Assembly: GCF_009914755.1 (NCBI RefSeq)
Contig: NC_060932.1
Strand: one strand, 5' to 3'
Source of the DNA: the human T2T-CHM13v2.0 reference genome, Homo sapiens
Length of the DNA stretch: 64,000 nt
The notes below the pieces were generated by a model. The model was not told where the DNA came from, did not search any database, and was given only the letters and a program-made list of their open reading frames with translations. The position numbers and the translations under genes are program-made. Positions 1-12,616 of this stretch are shown here, in pieces; position 1 is the first letter of the stretch, and every line of letters begins with the position of its first letter.

Positions 1-19
1 CTCTTCTTCGAACACTACT

Positions 20-380
20 CTCCATACTTCTTGCCTTGCTGATTCTTCTTATCCTTCTGTTCTTGGCTTTATTATAGTTTTCTCGGATAGACACTCCCTG
101 ATCACTATATCAAAGTAGGATTTCCCTGCTATACTTTATTCCTGCACCCTGTGAATTTATCACAAATTGTAATTATATATTATTTGCTTGCTTGGTTACT
201 TGATGCCTATCTGCCGCACTGGATTGTGAGTTCTAATAATACAGAGATGATGTTTGTTTTAGCCATTAATGGACAACTAGCATCCAGCACAGTAAATAAA
301 TGCTCAGCATAGTGTCAATTAATTGCTCAGCTCTTAATAAGTTCTAGATATTTGATAAATAAATACATGAATGGGTGAAT
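20..380 (+). mobile_element. LINE L2 3' end fragment
   Basis: Resembles the L2 3' terminus (ctggattgtgagttc...cagcacagt...aaatacatgaatgggtgaat). Confidence 0.6.
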
Positions 381-399
381 AGCTTTCCTATGTACCAGT

Positions 400-1580
400 A
401 ATTATCATTTATAAAATATGCCAGAACAATGATCTTACAATAGCATTGGTAAGATAAAACACCAAAACTATTCTTAAGCAATACTAACAAATGCATGAGA
501 GCTAGAAAAGAAAAAAAGTACATGACTTTACAAAAGATAAAGAAGAGAGGTATTTCTGTTAAAAATGCTATTATTAACTATGTTAATAGTTATAATATGT
601 AACTATATATATGCATGACTTAAGATGATTTACAGCTTTAATATTATTACAATCAAAATCCCATATGGAATTTTTATTTGGGACTTGAAAGATGATTTAA
701 AAGTATATCTGAAAGAACACATGAGTTAGACTATCAAATAAATTTTTAACAAAAGAGATTAGAGGGGGGTCTTGACCAACCAGAAGGTAACATGTAGTAT
801 AATGCTATGATAATTAAAACTGTCACAGCAGAGAAAAACCCAACTGCAAAACTAATGGAATAAAGTAGACTATGCTGTATAGAAACAGACAATAAAAATT
901 GTAAAAAGTTTGTACATGATACATGTAGCTCAAAGATCAAAGGTTTAAAGGGAAAGAAAATTTTCCCAAAAAAGATAATTGGTCAACTACAGGGGAAAAA
1001 AATGGACTGATAGTCACCTCATATTATATGCAAAAATAAATGCCAATGGATTAGAGCTAAATGTGGAAAATGAAACTATAAAAAGGGGGAAAAATAAAGG
1101 GGAATACTGCTCTAATCTAAGCAGAAAAATGTGAGCAAAGTCTCAAATTAAAGAAAACTGGTTCTTATTAACAAAACCAATCTGATACCTTGCTGATATG
1201 AAGGAACTTTACTGTAATATTTATGAGAAGAAAATTGGCAACATGTTGCAAAATTTGACTCATTTCTTTTGACCCACTGACCCAACCTCTAGAAATCTGT
1301 CTTTAGGAGATCATCAGACAGAACATTAGAAACTTCTGTTAGGGAATATTCATTGTAGCTTTATTCATGAAAAATTTATAAATGGAAACTGCATATTTTT
1401 AACAGTAAGAGAAATGGCTGAATAAATTGTGGTCTGTGTAAACAAAAAGAATGTAAAATTGCATTTAAAATACTTAATGACATTAGCAAATCTCTGATGA
1501 ATTAAGTAAAATGTAATATTTTAAACTGCACTTAACATACAAATCTATAAATTCAATGTGATTCTAATGCTTAAAATATG
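400..1580 (+). mobile_element. Old LINE-1 (L1M/L1ME-like) ORF2 end/3' region, highly degraded
   Basis: A-rich, with L1-like motifs aatcaaaatccca...ggacttgaaagatgatttaaaagtatatctgaaag and ctttgaccca...ctctagaaatct. Confidence 0.6.
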
Positions 1581-2359
1581 AAGAAATATATATATACATA
1601 TACATATATAAATAAAAATAAGTACGTAAGTCTGCACGCACTTGTGTAAATATGTGTGTATCTGTGTGTGTACTGAAATAGGAAGAATAAGTTATTCAAA
1701 CAAACTCAGTTGTGGAGATCTAACAAGGCAGTACAAACCCTAAGGTGTCAAGATCTACACTTAGACAGGTGACCCTAGCATTTGGGGCTTCTTCCTTCCT
1801 GGGAGCATTTGCAGATTCCAAAAGAGATGACTGAGAGTCTGAGAAGCAGAGCAGGATGTTCAAAACTTATGCAGCCAGTAGAACAAATCCTGAGGTCTGG
1901 AACCAATGAGAAAAAAACAATGCAGAAAAGACCATCCAGATAGAGTCTCCTGATATTGGCCAGTAACTGACCTCACAAATAACTTTAAAAATAAGTGTTT
2001 GGGTTTTAGTATCTAGTAATTATCTAAAAATGCCTGAACTGTTCAATTATTACTATTATTAATTTTTACTAAATGTTTTGATGGAAATACCACTCCATTG
2101 TGGCAGTAGCAGATTGGTAGTTCCATGAAGGGTTAAATGCATATGGTGATGACCATCTCAGATTGGTTGTGCTTTGTAATCCCTCCAACCTACGGCTCTA
2201 CCTGGATCCCTCGGGTCCCATCCTATCTGTAAGCCACCTCTGACCCAGAGTTGATGTGCTAGGTGTGATATACTTGAGAAATATTTATTAATCATTTTTT
2301 CCTGCCCTTATGCATTTGTAAACTACATTTGAAAAGCCTTCCTAACCCCTCACTTCTAT

Positions 2360-3195
2360 TAATTAATCCATTTGAAATTATTTATGGAACGAGTTCTATG
2401 TGTCAGGCAGTTTTATAAACTGGCAGTGTACAAAGCAGGTAATGTCCTGCTGTCATTCTAGTGGTGGGAGATGGGCAATAAACAAGCAAGCCAAGGAATA
2501 TTTAACACATGGTGGTGGTGGTGGTATGAGAGTGTGATAAATGCCATAAATAATAATACAGCAGCATAAGTAGGATGGAAAGTGATGGCACAGGAATAAG
2601 ACTGCTAATTTAAAGGGAGTTCAGAGAAGGCCTCTCTGATAAGAAGACATTTGAGCAATGACCTGAAAGAAGTGAGGGAGTCATCCTCATTTGGGAAGAG
2701 CATTCCAGGCACAGAAAAGTTCCAAGGTTCTGAGGCAGGAGAAGCAAGAACCCACTTCAGCCCAGCATGCGGCCCACTGTGGCTGGAGCAGAGAGCCTTG
2801 TGGGAGCCTGGGGAAGAGCTTTCAGAAGCAGACTCTGAAAGGTCTCAAAGGGCCAGACCATGGAGGGTCTTGAAGCTTTTCTCTCCATGAGATGGGAAGG
2901 CCCTGCAAAGTTCTTAGCACTTGGAAACATGACCTACCATCTGTGTTTCAAGAGTCACTTGGGCGACTGGGAAGAAAACAGACAGTAGTGCAGCAAGGAC
3001 AGTCAGGGAGACAAGTTAGAGGCTGCTTCCAAGAGTCTCCTTGAAAAGAGATTTTGACATGGACCACAGTGGTAATTATGCAGGTGATGAGATAGGGCCA
3101 CACCCTGAATGTATTCCAAGGGAAGAGACAACAGGATTTGCTGGTGGATTTTTTGTGGACTACATAGAAAAGAGAAGAGACAAAGATGATTCTCA
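2360..3195 (-). mobile_element. LINE L2 fragment
   Basis: Typical antisense L2 motifs: gacatttgagcaatgacctgaaaga, gggaagagcattccaggcacag, acaggatttgctggtggatt. Confidence 0.7.
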
Positions 3196-3204
3196 GCAAG
3201 TTCT

Positions 3205-3340
3205 AGTTAAAAAAAATGCAGATCCTTTGGCCATACTGAGACCCACTGAATACAAATATCCAGGGATGTGATCTTGGAGAACTTTATTTTTAGGAAGCTC
3301 CCAAGTCGATCTGCTGCGGTGGGTCCATAGACTGGCATGA
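3205..3340. mobile_element. MER5-type hAT-Charlie DNA transposon fragment
   Basis: aaaatgcagatcc...cccactgaat...aagctcccaagt motif. Confidence 0.55.
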
Positions 3341-4334
3341 AGAAATCTCTGAGTCATGTCAATGACCTGATGATCACATATAACCCTGAACTTTGATATC
3401 CTTTTTATATGTCCATCAACCTTACTCAATCTGAACTCCCCCAGGGCAGAGCTTGTGTCCACCGTCTCTTATCTCCTAGCACAGGGCCTAGCATCCCAGT
3501 GCTTCATACACTTGGTGAATCTAACTGAGTTGACACAATAACATGAGTGAATTCCAATTGCCCACCTCTTTGGTCCAGTTTTGTGATCACCGGAAAGTGG
3601 AAAGTTGTCACTCTGAGGTGAGAAGTCCTCTATGAATTCTTCTGGAACAGGAAGAAGATTCCCTCCTCACTTTCCCCTTCTCGTTCCCCCAACCCCAGGA
3701 GTGGAAAGGTTCTCCATGAAGCTTGGGTGATAGAGACAGCATGGGCACTGCTGTTTGATGCCAGGGAGTTCAAAGTTGGAAGCACTCACAGAGCCAGCTT
3801 CCCCATTGATATAGGATTTGTGTTTTAAGGGCCTAACTCCCCAGAGTGGAGGTGGGAAAGGGGGATATCTCCCTGGGGTGTCCTGAGGGGCCCGTCCTCT
3901 CCACTCTGCACTCACTGTGTGTTTTCTGGTGCCACAGGAAGTTGCACTATATTTTCTTCATAGCACACTTTGTACAAGGAACATCCCCACAGTCTGCAGC
4001 CCAAGCTGTTGAAGGCTAGAAAGGCCTGCTTTATTCAGAGCGGAAAGAAGATACTTCCACCTATTTCTGGATCTCCCCGAAGCACCCACTCAAGTGTGAT
4101 TGTGTGCGTGGAAAGACCAGCTCTGGGAAAGTGATCCCTGGATCTGGGCCTTGAGTTCATTTTCTTTTAAACATTTAGACAGAAAATAAAGGAACGATGT
4201 GTTGCAATCCAGTACTGATTTGCATTTGGATATTTTCCAATACTTTCTTTTGTGGATCTTTTACCCTGGTTTGTCCTTAGGACTGATGTTTCATCATAAA
4301 TTTTGGAGAATGTTAAAACTGAAATTGGGAGACT

Positions 4335-4560
4335 AAATAATAACAAGTATGACTTACTTTAATTGAGTTTATATTAAGTGCAGAACACTTTACAAAGTCC
4401 CTTTCATACATGTTCATATTTAATTTCAGTGAGGAAGGAGCCATTATTATGTTTATTTCACATATGTGGGAGCTTGGGATCAGAGAAGTTAAGGAACATC
4501 TCTAAAGTTAAACAGCTCCACAGTGGTAGGCCTGGGAATTGGGTACAGGAGGGTGGGGTC
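4335..4560 (-). mobile_element. MIR SINE
   Basis: Antisense MIR core (cagagaagttaaggaac...aaagttaaacagct...gtggtaggcctgggaatt). Confidence 0.6.
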
Positions 4561-4779
4561 TAAGCAAGACCTGGCTAGGATCTGATGGAGACCTTTGATA
4601 TTCAGAGAAAACAAAGCCCACTCAGGAGACAGGGGTATAATTTAGTAAATAAATACTGGACAAGGCAGGACACAGGTTTAATATTTTGCCACAATGTGCT
4701 GGGTGTATGGGAAAAATGTAGGTAAAGGTCTCATATATGCAGGTAAACGAGCCTGGCTGAAGAAGTGTTGGCCTCATTC

Positions 4780-5040
4780 TCTAATAGCTAGCTAGCATTT
4801 GTTGAGCAGAACACTTAATATGTGCCAGGAATCATCCAAAGTGCCTTGCATATTTTAATTCATTTAGTCTTCACAATAGCCCAATATGGTAGACACTATA
4901 ACATGAGCATTCTGTAGATGCCGGAACTGAAGCTCGAAGTTTAGTCATTTGCTTGAGATAATGAATGATGCAAGTGGTAAAGCTGAGGTGTGATCCCTGG
5001 TAATGGGAGCCAGAGCCTGAATTATAACAGCTGTGCTCAC
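4780..5040 (-). mobile_element. MIR SINE
   Basis: tagcatttgttgagc...tgtgccagg...tttagtcttcacaatagcccaat...tgtagatg..ggaactgaagctc. Confidence 0.7.
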
Positions 5041-5699
5041 CAACCCCATGGCTGAGTCTCTGCTGGACTAACACAACGACAGTTCACCCCATCAACAAAT
5101 CCAGGCTCGCCACATGCACCCTAGGATTCGGCCATTTTTACAGATCAGTTCTTGAGCCTGGTAAAGGGAAAAGAGACAACACGCACCTTGGGAAGGAGGT
5201 GCGTGTTGTCTGCAGGCCTTTCCAGCACAGTCTAGAAGACCAGGTTGGCTTCCAGGTGGCTCTAGGAAATAAAAGAGCCACCTAAGGCAGGGAAAGGGTC
5301 TTCAAATGCATCGTAAAAAATAGTTACTTCATTCAGTTAAGACGTTCATGGAGCATTTCACTGTGAACTAGGTCCCATTCCTGTCTAGGGCCTGTATGTT
5401 TATCCCTTCCCTCACAAAGGTGTTCTCAAGCACACCATAATATCTCTATCTTTAAATGGAAAAGCTAAGGCCCTGAGAGTAATTTGCCCAAAGCCAAGTA
5501 GCTTAAAAAATTCTGGAGCGGTGATTACCACCTGGGCTATTCCGCCTCAAAGCCTGAGGACGAGGAGTGAGGGAGAAAACCTGGAAGGAGATTAGACGCT
5601 CTCCACAGCTCTCAGGGGTGTCTGGAATCTGCAGTAGGTGGGCGTCCTGAGAGAGTGGGTGGGGAAGCTTCCTACTAAACGCCTTTGCACCTGCCAGAT

Positions 5700-6036
5700 G
5701 CTGGAGCTTTTGTCATCAGAGACCTGGGTTTGCATTCCTCAGCTCCACCACCTGCTAGCCATGTGAGTTTAGGCAAGTCACTTTATGTCTCGATGAGCCT
5801 CAACTTTCTGATCTGACCAATGGGAATAAACCCTTGCCTCATACAAGTGAGGTTAATACTACATATACGTGTGTGTATATCTAATATATACACATACTAT
5901 ATATACAAATATTATATATTATATATATCTAATATATACACATACTATATATACAAATATTTTATATATATACATTATATATATATACTGTATATGAATA
6001 TGTCTAGCAGATCACAAATGCCCAATAAATGTTAGA
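5700..6036 (+). mobile_element. MIR SINE interrupted by an AT-rich (TA)n tract
   Basis: gacctgggtttgcattcctcagctccacca...aggcaagtcactt...gagcctcaactttctgatctg; the MIR tail cccaataaatgttag resumes after the AT-rich tract. Confidence 0.65.
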
Positions 6037-7264
6037 TATATATGGAAATATGAGGCCATCTATTTTTCCAAAGTCTAGTTTATGGTGTAATTTTTTTCTA
6101 TTTTATTTCTGGATAAATGATGCACCATGGATGTTCTTCCTCCAGGTTAAGAAATATCCCAGAGGACCATGAAGTATTAAAGTCTTCTATATTTACGGTG
6201 CTTTACAAAGAACATTTATGTCCATTATTTACTCTGCAGGGAAAAGAGTAGAGGGGGTGCTTAGGGATCAGACAGAGTGGCCTTCAGTCCTGTTGCTGCC
6301 ATTTACCTCCAGGGGGACTGTAGGAAGTCCTTATCCTCACTACGGGAGTGGATACTCAAAGTGTGATTTGCTGTGCTACGCATAGAGCTTAACAGTTTAG
6401 CTTAGTGGCTAAGAATTTGGGCTTCTAATAATGCCATTTACTTGTTATGTAAACTTGGCTCAGTTAATCAACTTTTTTGGCCCCCAAATTTTCTTACCTG
6501 GAAACAGGAATACCTTCCTCAAAATGTTGGATAATCAATGAAATTAGCAGAAGACCTGTAACACAATCATTACTCAATATGTATTGACTGTGGTTGCAGT
6601 TATTGTCATTATTATTGTTTTCATTGTCTATATGTCACTACAGTGACCCACTGAAGGGATTTAACAGGTAAGTGACTTGGTCGGGTATGTGTTATAGAAA
6701 GGCCACTTGAGGAACAGTTATCGCGAAGGTTAAACTCTTTAAGGATTCAGTGAAGAAAGGGATAAAAGAGGAAGAAAATCTATAGGAGTAGCTGCAGAGA
6801 TAAGAGGAAGGACAAACAGTTCCCACCAACATCCTCTGCCAGGGTCGTGGGCTTTTCCCACAGCTGTTGGCTCTGTGGCCATGCTTCCTGCCTGCCCTTT
6901 ATAAATAGTACACACTGAATTGGAGAAAGAATTATAAATAGTTCATAGTGAAGCTTAAAAAATAACATAGCAATAAAGTAGTAAACTTAAGTAAAAATCT
7001 AAGAAAAGGTAAAAAAAAAAATGAGGCCTGCTGAACTCAGCTAAAAAAGTAAATAAAAGTAAAATAAATAAAAGAGTAAAACTGAATGATGAAAAACCTC
7101 TATTAACAACTTGAATTCCAAGAATAATATCCTGAGAAATTACAAAGTAAGAAGGGGAAAAAAACAGTCATTTCAAATGATAACAGAAAGAATTTTGAAA
7201 AATAGAATGAAAAGAAAAAGAACAGGGATATAAGGTTTTTAAAAAAATGAATTTAAAAAACTAA

Positions 7265-7551
7265 GGCTGGGCACGGTGGCTCACGCCTGCATCCCAGCAC
7301 TTTGGATGGCCAAGGCAGGTGCATCACCTGAGGTCAGGAGTTCAAGACCACCCTGGTCAACATGGCAAAACCCCATCTCTACTAAAAATAAAAAAATTAG
7401 CCGGGCATGGTGGTGGATGCCTATAATCCCAGCTACTTGGGAGGTGGAGGCAGGAGAATTGCTTGAACCCAGGAGGTAGAGGTTGCAGTGAGCTAGTGAG
7501 CTGAGATCGCACCATTGCACTCCAGCCTGGGCAACAAGAGTGAAACACCAT

Positions 7552-7553
<2 letters not shown>
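7265..7553 (+). mobile_element. AluS (Sq/Sp-like), full length
   Basis: ggctgggcacggtggctcacgcctg...ccattgcactccagcctgggcaacaagagtgaaac; internal 8-bp duplication agtgagct. Confidence 0.92.

Positions 7554-7594
<41 letters not shown>
7553..7594. repeat. (CA)n microsatellite (~21 units) in place of the Alu poly(A) tail
   Basis: Directly visible. Confidence 0.95.
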
Positions 7595-7599
<5 letters not shown>

Positions 7600-8069
7600 T
7601 TAAGGAAGAAGTAAAAATGTTAAAGGCTAAAAGTAAGGCCCATAATTGAGAAAAAATAAAAGAAGTGATTACAACATTTAAAAATAGGTAAAAATGATGA
7701 AGGAATTTTTGCACAAATTTTAAAGTTAAATTATGCTAATGCAAAGTAGTTTAAGATATCAACATATTCAAAATGTCTATTTATTGTATTCAGAGAAGTG
7801 GACAAAACAAGTAGCCATAATTATTCCAGGAGTGTTTTGCAGCCTGACTTAATTCTACCATTTAGAAATCCTGCCAACCTCTTCAGAAGGGGACTTGGGG
7901 GAACGTCTGTTTACACACTCCAGCTGTTTTCCAGATCCTGTGCTTTAGCCTTTACACATGCTATTTTATGGACAGTCCAATAGCAACCCTGCTTGGGCTT
8001 ATTAGCTCCATTTCACAGAAAAGAAAATTGAGGCTCAGCGAGGTTAAATAATAGAGCTAGTAAGTGGTA

Positions 8070-8345
8070 CTAGGGTGATTGACTGTCTTGGTTTGACTGG
8101 GACACAGGGCTTTATTTTAAAACCTGGAGAATTCTGGGAAGACAAGGAGGAGTTTTATCCACACTTTTCTCCTAGGGTCCACAGATTATGGGTGAGCTAA
8201 GAATAATTACATTTTTAAAGAAGTGTGGGAGAAGAAGGAGGAGGTGGAGGAGGAGAAGAGGAAGAGGAGGGGGAGGGAAATTAACTATGTGGTTGGCTAA
8301 GCCTCAAATATTTACTTATTTACTGCCTGGCTCTTTGCAAATAAA
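8070..8345. mobile_element. DNA transposon relics (hAT-Blackjack MER94-like, then MER58-like) with a GA-rich tract
   Basis: tagggtgattgactgtcttggtttgactgggac; aagcctcaaatatttact...ctggctctttgcaaataaa. Confidence 0.45.
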
Positions 8346-10383
8346 AACAAACAACAACAACAGCAACAAGACTTGTTGAGCCTTTCCTCCCCCACCATGC
8401 TGGAGTAACTGCAGAGAAAAAAAGGTTTCCTTTTGGTCTTCACAGTTATCGGGAAGGGGTGGGGGAAGATTTGCAAGAGTGAAGTCCTTGAGCAGGTGAG
8501 AGGGTGGATGTAGTCTAGTGTACCATGGAGGGATTAGGTTTACACGAGCAAAGAACAGGCAAAGTAAGTAGGTACAGGGCAGGGCATTTGCAGCAAGCCT
8601 GAACTTCACAGTGTAGCATACAGGTTGCCTGTGATCTGCCTCCCAACACCCTCCCCAGCTTTATCTTTCTTTGTTCTGCCCCTGGAAGTCTCACATGTAC
8701 CTCCCATTCCCACTCCACCTCCCATGCTTTTTTGTTGAAGCCATACCATTTTTCTGGCATGCTCTTTCTGCAGCTTCCTCCTCATCTGTCTGACAATCAT
8801 CTATTCAATTCATGGAGGTCAAGCCTCATCTTGGTCAATCACTCTTTTCTTTTTTGATCTCTCGACCTGTACTCTGTATAGGCATCTACTATTGCCCTTA
8901 AATGTTGGTGATCAGGCTCACCCATTATGAACTCTGTTAGCCCCAGTGCTTTGCACAGTGCTCGCATTTATTCATCACGGTGCTGCTTCTTATTCATCTG
9001 TAGAGTAATCAAATATTTACTGAGTGCCTCCTATAGGTCAAGCAGTGTGCTAGGGTTATACGTATGTGGACCAAACAAACACATTTCCTGCCCTCTTGGA
9101 GCTTACAGACTAATAATATGCAGTCCTTCTAGGGGAGAGACTAAAGGGCTGTGAGCCAGGCAGCCTTCTCTTAGGGAAGGCCTCTGCTAAATTAGATTCT
9201 CATGGACACTCACAGGGTTGAAGGGAAGTGCACTTCTTCCCCCCTCAACTGGCTGGGATCATTCTGTGGTTTAGGGCTTTCAGAGTTTGGAAGTCAGAAT
9301 TTAACTCCAAAACTCCACCTCTGAGAGCCTCTGAGTCTATTTTAGTTTTTAACTTACTGGTGACCTATTATATACTGTGTGCCAGACACTACCCCTGGCT
9401 CAGGGATACAGAACAAGTCTCTGTCCCCCTAGATCTCATATTCCAGTGAAATTACAGTCTCTTCACATGCAAAAGAAAAAATAAATCCTTATCACCTAAA
9501 GTTACTGAGAGCATAAAATGAAGCAGAACTTGTCAAATCATTATTAAAGGAATTGGAACTTAGCAGTCAGTGCATGAGGATTCTTCCTGGGTGGCTATAA
9601 AGGCTAAACGAGGCCATTGGAAGCGCTGTCTACAAAATACTTAGTATTTGCCTGATACACAGTAAATATCCCAAAATGGCAGCCACTAGTACTGCCGTCC
9701 TCATACAGGCTGCCTCCATACTAAAGCACTGGGCAGAGACTATGAATGAGCCTTTGGGATTTGGTGCTTTCCCTCTCCTCTCTGGTTCCCTCTCCTGACT
9801 CTTATTTCTTCCCTGTGTACTTCCAGGCTTCTAGTCACACAGGATAATTTGGAGTTAACTGGACCAACTTTGCTGGCTATTCTCCTTTGGCCTCTAAAAA
9901 ACTGCCCTTCTGTGTCCCACTCTTTGCCCAGAAAAGTTGTTATCTCTGGACTGTATCTATCAAGTTTCTTCATCTTTAGTTTCCATTTGGGCTTTGCCAT
10001 GGCTAGCCGAAGAGGAAGACAGAAAAATCAGGAACGAGAGAGAGCAAGATCTGGGGCAATTGCTTATCCTGCTGTGCTGGAGTTTGTGCAATTACTGTAT
10101 TCCTCTACTGTAGAGGAGCTCTTGTGAGGGCCTGGTGATACCATCCCTCCCCTTGCCCCTTCAGGCCCATAGGAGTGGAAACAGCTTCCTCTGCAGCTAG
10201 TCCATGGGTGCTTCATCAAGCCTTGTGGCTCCCTTAATCCCATCTCAAAACTTTGCTTCAGCTTACTTCATTTACTCTTTTGAATGTTTCCTGCTGGAAC
10301 CCTGAATAATACATGAACCACACCTTGGTGTTTGCACATTTGGTTCCCTTTTCCTTAAATGTCTCCCTGCTCCCACTCCAAAT

Positions 10384-10440
10384 TCTCTCTCTCTCTCTCT
10401 TTCTCTCTCTCTGTCACACACACACACGCACACACACACA
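10384..10440. repeat. Compound (CT)n(CA)n microsatellite
   Basis: Directly visible. Confidence 0.9.
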
Positions 10441-11700
10441 ACTACTTCCTCAGCATGCTTCACAATGCACAAGAAGCAGCTTCTCTTTCCCTGAAAGCCC
10501 CCTATCTTTTAGGCTGTCCCCCTCTCACATTTCCTGCCAGCAAACTGTTATCATACTGCTCTATAGCTCCTGTCAGTTCTTGGGTCTTGTCTGTGTTTTC
10601 CTGTGGGCAGGAGTTACTGCCATCCATTGATGTATTCCTGTAGTTGACACACAGCAGTCATTCAGTAAATCTTTGTTGACAGGACGCTCCTGTGGTTGTC
10701 TGTAGGAGCCGCTGGGAGATTCAGCAGGAGAGGCACTGAAGAGGCACCAGTGACCTCTGTGTGCTTGTGGCTCAAGGGAAAAAATCATATGCCCTTATCA
10801 AGAGAATGATTTCCTGGGCAGTGGGGCTTTTTCAAGTTTATTTACTCTGGCAATGATGAGATTTTTCCCCATGACTTACTATTATTAATAAAGGATCTAC
10901 TACCTAAAAAGTCTATCTAAACATGGCAGGATTCTAGACCTTAGTTTTTTTCCATTTGCATATGGAACATGAAATCTTAGGAAGCTTACATTTTCACAGT
11001 CACAATCCCTGGTGGCTTAGCGGACAGATCACTGCCTGGGTCACCAACAATGCTGGGCAACATTGATAAAAAGGGAAGGAGTGGCAGGAAACACAAATAA
11101 CAAGAGGTTCTCTCACCAATCCTGTTTAGATCTCCATGAGAAATGTCAGAACTGAGGGTTTCCAAAAGACCTGTAATAATTTCCTCAGAAAGGCATGGGT
11201 GAGTGCCAAGGCCAGATGACAACCTTTCCATGGAGGCTTTGTTCTCAAACAGAGGATTTCAGTTTCTTGATGATATCAATCTTTTAGAGCCATTCATGAC
11301 TTATCTGCAATGGATGTATATGATTCTTTGCTTATTATACCAAAGAAGAGAGGAAAAAGATATCATGTCCAAAGGAGATAAAATCCCAAATGAAGATAAA
11401 CCATCTGGCAAACAGTAGGCACACAATAATGAATGAATGTACAAACAGTAAAAAAGAAAATCTTATGCAGATGTGTTATCTTTATTAAATTCATTGATTA
11501 AACTCTTTTAGTTAAAAAAAGCACATAGTACTGAATTAACTTTTTATGAATACTAATTACTCAGGGAGGAAATAAGAAGACTATATGAACTATGTCAGGA
11601 TCCCATGCATGGTTTTTGTTAGGCAAAATTTGCAAGTACTAGATCTCCCAGACTCCCAGCACCATTTCCAAGGTGAAAGAGGTAGGTCCTACCTCCTTAT

Positions 11701-11923
11701 TAGTGATCTCAGATGGGGACTATTTTACCTGCAAGGAGACATCTGACAATGCCTGGAGAGGTTTTTGGTTGTCACATCTAGAGAGAGCATGTGCTACTGG
11801 CATATATAGTAGTGGAGGCCATAGAGGCTGCCAAACAACCTACACTGCACAAGACAATATTCTCTCCCCCACCAAAAAAATTATCTAGCTCTAAATATCA
11901 ATAGTTTGAAGACTGAGAAACCT
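11701..11923 (+). mobile_element. MER20 hAT-Charlie DNA transposon
   Basis: gacatctgacaatgcctggagaggtttttggttgtcaca...tgctactggcat...gaggccatagaggctgccaaacaacctacactgcacaagaca...tgagaaacct. Confidence 0.8.
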
Positions 11924-12377
11924 CCTAGAGCTTAGCAGTCACCAGCATACAGTAGATGCCCAGTAAATTATTGCTAGATAAATGAGAGGTGTGCAGCTTC
12001 ATTTACAAATCTGTTTTGTTTGCAAAATACAGCAATTATCTTTCAAACATTTACAAATTTCTAATCCTGTGATAGGGATTTATTTTCTTTTTGTATATGT
12101 GACTTTACAGCTATCCATTGAACTGCACACTGAGGGTACAAATATGATCATGATAGATGATCTCCCTGCCCTCAAGTAGTTCAGGTCTGGTGAGGAAGAC
12201 AGACAATTAGACATGCACTTACTGCATAGAGGAATGAGTGCTAGGACAGAGGTACACTGAGACAATTGATACCTGTCACATGAACAGCTGATTTTATTGA
12301 ATATCTACTGTGTCATAGGCATTGCTACCCATTAAATTCACATAGTCAGCCAATGAGGTAGGTGCTACTGTTATTAT

Positions 12378-12509
12378 TAGGGTGACCATATAATTTATTG
12401 TCCAATCAGAATGGTTTTGACAATGAAAGGGCTGTTTGTAGTAATTCTGTTAGGGTCAGAGGTCTAAACCTCATTTTTCATAAGAAAATAGGGATGCAAT
12501 GTCACCCTA
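12378..12509. mobile_element. MER81-like hAT-Blackjack MITE inserted in a MIR
   Basis: Terminal inverted repeats TAGGGTGAC...GTCACCCTA; the flanks read as a continuous antisense MIR. Confidence 0.7.
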
Positions 12510-12616
12510 ATCCCCAGTTTATATATGAGGATGCTGAAGCAAAGACAAGTTAAGTAACTTGCTTCAGCTCACCCCTCCATACAAATTTGGAGCCCAGCAA
12601 GTCAGGCTTCAGAGAC

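Noticed and set aside
7276-7596. ORFs of 67-103 aa (also at 21371-21833 and 53868-54059)
   Set aside because: Typical Alu and microsatellite translation artefacts.
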